NCBI GenBank assembly: GCA_052034395.1
Contig: JBPOIP010000030.1
Location: forward strand, 25,753 to 89,752
Length of the DNA: 64,000 nucleotides
Direction: 5' to 3'
Source: Pseudomonadota bacterium
Lineage (GTDB): Bacteria > Pseudomonadota > Gammaproteobacteria > Burkholderiales > Burkholderiaceae_C
Shown here: positions 20,924 through 27,815 of the stretch, piece after piece
How positions within the stretch are numbered: position 1 is the first letter of the stretch
Layout: each line of letters starts with the position of its first letter
Notes under the pieces: generated by a model
What the model saw: the letters and a program-made list of their open reading frames with translations, nothing else
Databases searched by the model: none
Told to the model about the DNA's origin: nothing
Made by a program: the position numbers and the translations under genes

Positions 20924-20952
20924 GTGACAGATCGATGAAAAATTCGTGACCT
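20924..20952 (-). promoter_or_regulatory. Triple Pho-box-like repeat
   Basis: Minus strand AGGTCAC-GAAT-TTTTCAT-CGAT-CTGTCAC with 11-bp period; weak -10. Confidence 0.45.
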
Positions 20953-21098
20953 GCGAGACGGGCCACTCGATGACAACGGGCATTTCCGGGCAAATCTCCG
21001 CGAAGCATGCACAACCAGGGAGAGAGCGAGTCACAAAAAATTGCTTCAAAGGTCAATTGAATATAAACTGTATATACCGTTTATTTTCAAGGTCCTAT

Positions 21099-21551
21099 AT
21101 GACAACCGAAGCTTCCAAACCCGTCAAACCGTTGACAACCCCAGCAAAAACTGCACCCGAAGCGGCTGTCAAACCAGCAGCCAAGTCCGTAAAGGTCGTG
21201 GCATCCAAAGTGGCATCCAAGATGGCAAAAACCCCCACCACCAAGCCCAAAGCCGTGCCTGCACCCAAAGTAACGACCAAATCGGCAAGCGCACCACAAG
21301 CCGCCAAAGACGCCAAAGTCAAGAAGCCCAAAATGGTTCGCGACAGCTTTACGTTCCCGAAAGACGAGTATGCAGTGCTGGACTTGCTGAAGCTGCGCGC
21401 GGCCAAGCTGGGCAGTCCGGTGAAAAAAACCGAGTTGCTGCGCGCCGGTGTAAAGGCCATTGCGGCTATGGCAGACGATGCATTCCTGCTCTCACTGCGC
21501 GCTGTGCCCAGCCTCAAGACAGGCCGCCCTGCCAAAAGCAAGTCGGCGTAA
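21099..21551 (+). CDS. Lys/Ala/Pro-rich histone-H1-like tail plus VRDSF-type (RHH-like) C-terminal domain
   Basis: 18 Lys in the first 78 aa; C-terminal KMVRDSFTFPKDEY...KKTELLRAGV...KTGRP. Confidence 0.8.
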   Translation: MTTEASKPVKPLTTPAKTAPEAAVKPAAKSVKVVASKVASKMAKTPTTKPKAVPAPKVTTKSASAPQAAKDAKVKKPKMVRDSFTFPKDEYAVLDLLKLRAAKLGSPVKKTELLRAGVKAIAAMADDAFLLSLRAVPSLKTGRPAKSKSA

Positions 21552-21558
21552 GGCACAC

Positions 21559-22020
21559 TTACATCAAGTCAGGCGTCTGGACCGTCACCACCACGGTTTG
21601 CCCGGTGGCGTCGCGCTCACGGTAGCGCAGCCACCATACTGCCCCTTTCTTGACAGCGCATTCCGATGCGCTCAAACCCAACAAGCTTGAAACAGTCTGT
21701 CCCAGCGTGGGTTGATGGCCCACGACCAGCACACAGCCTTTGGCGTGTGGCCATTGGACCAACTCCAGCAACTGGTCTGCGGCCCCCATTGGGGCAATCA
21801 CCGGGTTCAATTTGAACTTTCGCCCCAAAGCCAGCGCCGTCTGCTCCGCACGGCGTGCGGGGCTCACCCATATGCGTGTGCTGTCTGGCAACTGGCGGTC
21901 CAGCCAGGCCGCCATGCGAGTGGCCTGCTTTTCGCCACGCGGGGTCAGCGCCCGGAGCATGTCGTCACTGTCGGCTGTGCCTTCCACGGCCTCTGCGTGC
22001 CGCCACAAAATCAGGTCCAT
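21559..22020 (-). CDS. sixA: Phosphohistidine phosphatase SixA
   Basis: LILWRHAEA, SPARRAEQT, LVVGHQPTL. Confidence 0.92.
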   Translation of the reverse strand: MDLILWRHAEAVEGTADSDDMLRALTPRGEKQATRMAAWLDRQLPDSTRIWVSPARRAEQTALALGRKFKLNPVIAPMGAADQLLELVQWPHAKGCVLVVGHQPTLGQTVSSLLGLSASECAVKKGAVWWLRYRERDATGQTVVVTVQTPDLM

Positions 22021-22034
22021 CGTTCGCTCTCCGT

Positions 22035-24128
22035 TCAGGCCTTCTCAACGTCTGCGTAACGCGCCATCAGTGCAACCTGGGCACCATGCAATGGGGTCTT
22101 TCCATCTCCCTGGAAGCGCCGGTATTTGCCGTCTGCACCCAGATCCCATGCGTCAACGCCATCGTGCAGGTAGGCCACCAGACACTCGTCAACCAGTCGC
22201 TGGCGTTGGACCGGGTCGGTCACGGGCCACGCCAGTTCCACGCGACGCACCATGTTGCGGTTCATCCAGTCGGCACTGGAGAGGTAAAGGTCTTCGTTAT
22301 CGCCTTCACGGAAATAGAAAACCCGCGAGTGCTCCAGAAACCGGCCAATCACCGAACGCACCCGAATGTTGTCAGTGTGCCCTGGCACCTGTGCGGGCAG
22401 CATGCAGGCGCCGCGCACAATCAGGTCGATCCGCACACCCTGGCGACCAGCCCGCATCAAACTGTGAATCAGCGCTTCGTCGGTCAGCGAGTTCATTTTG
22501 GCAACGATACGGGTAGCTTTGCCCCGGCTTGCTGCAGCGCCCAGTGCATCAATCCTTGCAATCATGTTGCGGTGCAGGTTGAAGGGTGCAAACCACAACT
22601 TGCGCAACCGCGGCAAACGACTTTGGCTTGCCAGATGCACAAACACATGCTCCATATCGGTTGTGAGCGCCGTGTCAGCTGTGATATGGCTTACATCGGT
22701 GTAAAGGCGTGCCGTGCGCGGGTTGTAATTGCCCGTCGACAGATGACCATAGCGTTTGAGGTTCTTGCCCTCGCGCCGCGTGATCAGCATCATCTTGGCG
22801 TGGGTTTTGAGGCCCACCACGCCATACAGCACCTGCGCTCCAATGGATTCGAGCATTTCGGCCCAGTTGATATTGGCTTCTTCGTCAAAGCGGGCCTTTA
22901 GCTCCACCACCACGGTAACTTCTTTGCCCAGACGCACGGCTTCGCGCAGCAGATCCATCAATTCGGAGTCGGGGCCAGTGCGGTAAATGGTTTGCTTGAT
23001 GGCCAATACATTCGGATCATTCACCGCTTCACGCAAAAGCCCCAGCACCCCATCAAAGCTCTCAAAGGGCTGGTGAATCAGAATGTCGCCCTGCTTCAAT
23101 TGCTCAAAAATGCTTTGTCCATTTGCCATTTGAGCAGGGTAGGACGCACGGTACGGTGTAAAACACAGGTCCGGGCGGTCAACCAGGTCAATAAGCTGGG
23201 TCAATCGCACCAGGTTCACCGGACCTGCCACGCGGTACAGGGCTTTGGCAGGCAAATCAAACTGTTTGAGCAAGAAATCAGACAGGTACTCGGAACAACC
23301 CGCCGACACCTCCAAGCGGACCGCCTGCCCGTAATGGCGGTGAACCAGCCCCTGACGCAGGGCCATGCGCAGGTTTTTGACATCGTCTTCGTCCACGGCC
23401 AGATCAGAATGCCGCGTCACACGGAACTGCGAGAACTGCCCCACCGAGCGCCCCGCAAACAGCTCAGCCAGGTGCGCGCGGATGATGCTCGACAGTGACA
23501 CGAACAGCAGGCGGTCACCCGAAACCTTGGCAGGCATGCGGATCAGGCGCGGCAGCACGCGCGGCACCTTGACGATGGCAATTTCATTCTCGCGACCAAA
23601 CGCATCCCGCCCGCCCAGACGCACGATAAAGTTCAGCGACTTGTTGGCGACTTGCGGAAACGGGTGGGATGGGTCCAGACCCACCGGAATCAGCAACGGG
23701 CGTACTTCCCGCTCGAAATACTGCTTGACCCAGTGGCGTTGCGCCGCATTGCGTTCGCCGTGGGAAATGATCTTGATGCCAAGTTTCTCAAACGCCGGCA
23801 TCAGTTTCTCGTTGTAAAGCGTGTATTGCCGCTCAACGATAGCGTGCACCGTTGCCGACAATCGCTCGAACGAGCCTACCGAAAACAGGCCCTTTCGTTC
23901 TTTGGCCTGATTGGCGGTCAGGTGCGGCTCGGCACGCACTTCAAAAAACTCGTCAAGATTGGATGAAACGATGCACAGATAGCGCAAACGCTCCAGCAGC
24001 GGAACATCATCGCGAACAGCCCAGTCCAGCACACGCTCATTGAAGGCAAGAATGCTGTGGTCGCGGTCCAGCAGATCGGGCGCCTCCAGGGGAGCCTGCA
24101 ATTTGGGGTTGCGAAGAAATGACAACAT
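22035..24128 (-). CDS. ppk1: Polyphosphate kinase 1
   Basis: SSNLDEFFEVR, SHPFPQV, IKQTIYRT, ELKARFDEEANI, KTHAK, GRFLEHSR, SSADWMNRN. Confidence 0.97.
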   Translation of the reverse strand: MLSFLRNPKLQAPLEAPDLLDRDHSILAFNERVLDWAVRDDVPLLERLRYLCIVSSNLDEFFEVRAEPHLTANQAKERKGLFSVGSFERLSATVHAIVERQYTLYNEKLMPAFEKLGIKIISHGERNAAQRHWVKQYFEREVRPLLIPVGLDPSHPFPQVANKSLNFIVRLGGRDAFGRENEIAIVKVPRVLPRLIRMPAKVSGDRLLFVSLSSIIRAHLAELFAGRSVGQFSQFRVTRHSDLAVDEDDVKNLRMALRQGLVHRHYGQAVRLEVSAGCSEYLSDFLLKQFDLPAKALYRVAGPVNLVRLTQLIDLVDRPDLCFTPYRASYPAQMANGQSIFEQLKQGDILIHQPFESFDGVLGLLREAVNDPNVLAIKQTIYRTGPDSELMDLLREAVRLGKEVTVVVELKARFDEEANINWAEMLESIGAQVLYGVVGLKTHAKMMLITRREGKNLKRYGHLSTGNYNPRTARLYTDVSHITADTALTTDMEHVFVHLASQSRLPRLRKLWFAPFNLHRNMIARIDALGAAASRGKATRIVAKMNSLTDEALIHSLMRAGRQGVRIDLIVRGACMLPAQVPGHTDNIRVRSVIGRFLEHSRVFYFREGDNEDLYLSSADWMNRNMVRRVELAWPVTDPVQRQRLVDECLVAYLHDGVDAWDLGADGKYRRFQGDGKTPLHGAQVALMARYADVEKA

Positions 24129-24166
24129 ATGCACGCCTTGACTATGACACAGGAGTGAAGAATTGT

Positions 24167-25249
24167 TTACGAAATTGATGACAGTGGTGTGACGTTTCCA
24201 TGAAGCAAGGGGCGCACATCCAGCAAGTTGCCCTTGCGCGCAGGAACCAGCTGATTTAGAAACAGTTGGGCGGCGGGACCCCAACCGAACGCCAACGCGC
24301 GCTCGCGGGCCAGGTGGCGTGGCACCGCAAGCGCCCCATACCAGGCGCGGGCCAGATCATCGTCCAGCACACCACCGGCTGGTGGTGACCCTACTACTTC
24401 CAGTGGTCCATCCACCGGGTAGGCCGCCACCGGTGTGCCGGTGGCCATTGCTTCTAGCATCACCAGACCAAAGGTTTCCGAGCGACTGGGCATGACAAAT
24501 ACATCAGCGGATGCATACACCTGGGCCAACACATCCCGCGGAAGTACGCCAAGCCAGTGCGCCTTGGGAAACCGCTGGCGCAATCCTTCCTCCAGAGGCC
24601 CGACACCACAAACAATTTTGGTCCCTGGGATGTCGAGCGTCAGAAAAGCCTCAATGTTCTTCTCGTAGGAAACGCGACCGACAAAGAGGGATATGGGACG
24701 GGCCAGCTGTCCCAGCGGTGCATAGGGCTGGGGTACCTCGCAATACGTGAACAGTTGCATGTCGACGCCATGCGTCCAGTTGCGCAGGTTGGGAAATCCT
24801 TTGGCCTGCAATATCTTCAGTACGTTGTGCGTAGGCACCAAGACGCCCGAGGAGTGCTTGTGAAAGTGCCGGAACAGCGCGTAGCCCATCCACAATGGAA
24901 CTTTCAACGCAGCTTTCAGTATTTCGGGAAACCGCGTGTGGTACGCCGTGGTGAACGCCAGAGCGCGCTTTATGCAATAGGCGCGTGCGGCCCAGCCCAG
25001 CGGACCTTCGGTGGCCAGATGAATGGCATCCGGCGCAATGGCATCGAGCCGGCGTGCCAGAGTCTTCGCAGGACGCACTGCAAGATCAATTCCGGCATAG
25101 CCCGGGCAAGGCCGGGTATCAAAAAATCCAGGATGTATGACTTCGACCTGGTGCCCCAGGGCTTGCATCTCGCGCACCAGCTCCACCAGGGTCGTGACAA
25201 CGCCATTGACCTGTGGCTGCCATGCATCGGTCACCAGGACCAGCTTCAT
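24167..25249 (-). CDS. GT4 glycosyltransferase, Agt-like (predicted glyco/glucuronosyl-DAG synthase)
   Basis: VTDAWQPQVNGVVTTL, IHLATEGPLG, FVGRVSYEKNIEAFL, SRSETFGLVMLEAMATG; 4-nt overlap with the plcP-like gene. Confidence 0.85.
   Translation of the reverse strand: MKLVLVTDAWQPQVNGVVTTLVELVREMQALGHQVEVIHPGFFDTRPCPGYAGIDLAVRPAKTLARRLDAIAPDAIHLATEGPLGWAARAYCIKRALAFTTAYHTRFPEILKAALKVPLWMGYALFRHFHKHSSGVLVPTHNVLKILQAKGFPNLRNWTHGVDMQLFTYCEVPQPYAPLGQLARPISLFVGRVSYEKNIEAFLTLDIPGTKIVCGVGPLEEGLRQRFPKAHWLGVLPRDVLAQVYASADVFVMPSRSETFGLVMLEAMATGTPVAAYPVDGPLEVVGSPPAGGVLDDDLARAWYGALAVPRHLARERALAFGWGPAAQLFLNQLVPARKGNLLDVRPLLHGNVTPLSSIS
24178..24195 (-). promoter_or_regulatory. Pho box upstream of ppk1, inside the 3' end of the glycosyltransferase gene
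   Basis: Minus strand ACGTCAC-ACCA-CTGTCAT, then 10 nt, then AACAAT. Confidence 0.6.
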
Positions 25250-26127
25250 GCCAGTGCCGCTTGAGGAGTCGGCACGGGTATCACGGCGGCCTCTGCATCG
25301 TTCCAGTAAACCAGTTCCAGCCGCCCATCGTGGTGCTCAACCAGTGCGCTGCGGCTTTCCACCCAGTCGCCATCATTGCAGTACAGGGTGCCGTGAATGT
25401 CACGCATCTCTGCGCGGTGGATATGCCCGCACACCACACCATCGTGTCCATGGGCACGCGCAGCTTGCGCCACCGCCACCTCGAAGTCGGTCACGTAATT
25501 GAGCGCTGATTTGACTTTTTGCTTCAGGTAAGCCGACAGCGACCAGTAGGGCAGCCCCATGCGCGCCCTGAGCGTATTGAGGTAACGATTGAGCTTGAGC
25601 GTGAATTCATACAGGTTGTCGCCCAAGAAGGCCAGCCACTTGGCGCATTGAATGACACCATCGAAATAGTCGCCATGCGTGACCCACAGGCGTCGCCCGT
25701 CGGCTGTGGTGTGCACGGCATCGTCACGAACCTCAATGCCGCCGAACTCATGACCCAAAAAGCCCCGGGCAAACTCGTCATGGTTGCCAGGAATGAACAC
25801 CACTTTGCAGCCTTTACGCGCGCGGCGCAGCAGTTTTTGGACCACATCGTTATGCGACTGGGGCCAGTACCAGCGCCGGCGCAACTGCCAGCCGTCCACA
25901 ATGTCGCCCACGAGGTAGAGGTGATCGCTGGAGTGAACCTTGAGAAAATCCAGCAATGCATTGGCCTGACAGCCCGCCGTGCCCAGATGAATGTCCGAAA
26001 TGAAAATGGCCCGGTAGCGCCTCGCACGCTGATCGTCATCTTCATCATGGGAGTCAACGCTGTTTGGCTGGGGCACACCCAGCATGCCTTGCATCAGGGG
26101 CGAGAAGGCATCAGGCCCGGCACGCAT
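25246..26127 (-). CDS. Metallophosphoesterase, PlcP/LpxH2-like (predicted phospholipase C)
   Basis: FISDIHLG, LVGDIVDGW, PGNHD, THGD, CGHIH, NDGDWVES; ATG overlaps the upstream TGA. Confidence 0.85.
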   Translation of the reverse strand: MRAGPDAFSPLMQGMLGVPQPNSVDSHDEDDDQRARRYRAIFISDIHLGTAGCQANALLDFLKVHSSDHLYLVGDIVDGWQLRRRWYWPQSHNDVVQKLLRRARKGCKVVFIPGNHDEFARGFLGHEFGGIEVRDDAVHTTADGRRLWVTHGDYFDGVIQCAKWLAFLGDNLYEFTLKLNRYLNTLRARMGLPYWSLSAYLKQKVKSALNYVTDFEVAVAQAARAHGHDGVVCGHIHRAEMRDIHGTLYCNDGDWVESRSALVEHHDGRLELVYWNDAEAAVIPVPTPQAALA

Positions 26128-26972
26128 CAGGCGCCCAGAAAGTGTTTGCGATAACGTGATGGCAAATCGGCAATGCGCATCATCATCGGAAGGTCCGCCG
26201 AGTTGAAGTCGGGGTCCCACGCCGGCGGGCCAAGAACCTTGGCGCCCAGGCGCAAATAGCCCTTTATCAGTGCGGGCGGCTCCACCTCCAGCGAAGCATC
26301 CAGCCGTTCAACCGGCAGGGGCAGGCGGGGGCGAACATGGTATTCAATCGGTGCCAGATGGGTGGCCTGAACCTGGCGCCAGATGCTGGCCGCCATGTCG
26401 CCACTGGCAACACCGTTGTGCAACATGGGTATGCTGGCGCACCCAATCATCGTGTCGAGCTGGTTGCGCACCATGAATGCGCCCAATGCACCCCACAACG
26501 CCATGATCACTCCGCCATGGCGGTGGTCCTTGTGCACGCAGCTGCGCCCCAGTTCCACCATGCGGTCCCGCAGGCTGCGCAGCCGGGTCAGGTCAAACTC
26601 CGTGTCGCTGTAGGTGCTGCCCACGCGCTGTGCCTGCACCGGTGTGAGCACGCGGTAGGTTCCGATAACCTGCTCGCTTGCCGCATCAATCACCAGCAGA
26701 TGTTCGCAGAAGTTGTCAAAGAGGTCGATGTCGTGCCCCGGAATGGGCGTGTTCAGCCGCGCGCCCATTTCGCCAGCGAACACATCGTGGCGCAGCCGCT
26801 GAGCGGCGCGTACTTCATCCTGGTGCCTGGCCCAGGTCACCCGAATCGCGGCGCGCTCCTGTGCGGCAGTGTGTGCGCCAGCGGCTTGTGCGGTGCAAAG
26901 GGCATCGGCCGTGCCAAAAGTCTGCGTTGTTTGCAGGGAAGATGCGCTTCCCGATGCGGTGGAACCCGTCAT
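26127..26972 (-). CDS. GNAT-fold N-acyltransferase, OlsB-like (ornithine lipid synthesis)
   Basis: AQRLRHDVFAGEMGA, DIDLFDNFCEHLLV, VIGTYRVL, VELGRSCVH, PALIKGYLRLGAKV, DPDFNSAD. Confidence 0.8.
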   Translation of the reverse strand: MTGSTASGSASSLQTTQTFGTADALCTAQAAGAHTAAQERAAIRVTWARHQDEVRAAQRLRHDVFAGEMGARLNTPIPGHDIDLFDNFCEHLLVIDAASEQVIGTYRVLTPVQAQRVGSTYSDTEFDLTRLRSLRDRMVELGRSCVHKDHRHGGVIMALWGALGAFMVRNQLDTMIGCASIPMLHNGVASGDMAASIWRQVQATHLAPIEYHVRPRLPLPVERLDASLEVEPPALIKGYLRLGAKVLGPPAWDPDFNSADLPMMMRIADLPSRYRKHFLGA

Positions 26973-26974
26973 GC

Positions 26975-27205
26975 TCAACCTCCGTGTTGCACAGTGAGGC
27001 TCAAATCGCCACCACCCTGATGGAGCGCATCAAGCCAGGGTCGCGTGCCTGCCCGAAACCGCAGGCCTCCAGGTCTATTGGCCAGTGCACGCGCCGTGCA
27101 TCGCAAAATGCGCAGGCACTGGTGTTCCAGATCGTGGGTAAATCGCTGGTGCGTAGCCGCATGGGCCTGACCGGACTGTTTTGGGTGGTGCAATTGCGCT
27201 TCCAT
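26975..27205 (-). CDS. Putative 76-aa His-rich small protein, first ORF of the olsB-like operon
   Basis: GGAG RBS before ATG; stop 2 nt before the olsB-like start; no recognisable domain. Confidence 0.35.
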   Translation of the reverse strand: MEAQLHHPKQSGQAHAATHQRFTHDLEHQCLRILRCTARALANRPGGLRFRAGTRPWLDALHQGGGDLSLTVQHGG

Positions 27206-27252
27206 CTTTTTTCTCCGTCGTGCGTGTTATGGCGCAATTCTGGGAGGCCAAG

Positions 27253-27292
27253 ATGACGCCTGCACGTCAGTTCGATGGCAGTTTCATGACAG
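27253..27292 (-). promoter_or_regulatory. Quadruple Pho box upstream of the lipid-remodelling/ppk1 operon
   Basis: Minus strand CTGTCAT-GAAA-CTGCCAT-CGAA-CTGACGT-GCAG-GCGTCAT, then 10 nt, then CAGAAT. Confidence 0.75.
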
Positions 27293-27343
27293 GCACTTTC
27301 ACCAGAAAACCAGACTAGACTGCCCGACTTAACTTGAAATGAC

Positions 27344-27357
27344 TAGGGTTAACCCTA
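27344..27357. promoter_or_regulatory. Perfect 14-bp palindrome, candidate TF site
   Basis: TAGGGTTAACCCTA, 37 nt upstream of the ORF at 27395. Confidence 0.45.
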
Positions 27358-27394
27358 ATATGTTCCAATCAAGCATGTTCAATAAGGAGCCACC

Positions 27395-27670
27395 ATGCAA
27401 ACTGTATTGACACCTGTCACACGGATACCCACTTCAGGGCGCTCCGCATTCACTGCCGGTCCTGCGATCAATGTGTCCAAACACGTAGACGAGGCAGCAC
27501 GCCTGACCATGGATATTCTGGGGCTGCCGTTTGACGTCGCCCGCGCCCAATATGCCCGGGCAGTGCAGGTCGGGCTGATCCAGCGATCCATGCTGGCATC
27601 GCGTGACTTTTCGCGCACGGTTGGCGCACTGGAACAAATCACGCTGGGACCTTGGGCGCGCCACGTCTAG
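27395..27670 (+). CDS. Hypothetical protein, 91 aa
   Basis: Strong AAGGAG RBS; ordered-looking C-terminal half (ARAQYARAVQVGLIQRSML). Confidence 0.65.
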   Translation: MQTVLTPVTRIPTSGRSAFTAGPAINVSKHVDEAARLTMDILGLPFDVARAQYARAVQVGLIQRSMLASRDFSRTVGALEQITLGPWARHV

Positions 27671-27774
27671 TGCACGCCTGCCCAATGTCGGCAGCAAGCG
27701 GTTGCCATGGAAGGCTTACCCTGGAACATTTGCAACAAAATTGGCAATTAGCCCACGTAGAATATAAGTTGTTA

Positions 27775-27791
27775 GCTATTATTTTTATAGC
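27775..27791. repeat. GCTAT-N7-ATAGC intergenic palindrome, copy 3
   Basis: GCTAT TATTTTT ATAGC. Confidence 0.6.
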
Positions 27792-27815
27792 ATCTTCTAG
27801 TGGGAAAATGTACGC

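Noticed and set aside
25246-26127. Calling this gene lpxH
   Set aside because: Its context with a GT4, an olsB-like gene and a Pho box fits PlcP better; symbol left blank pending phylogeny.
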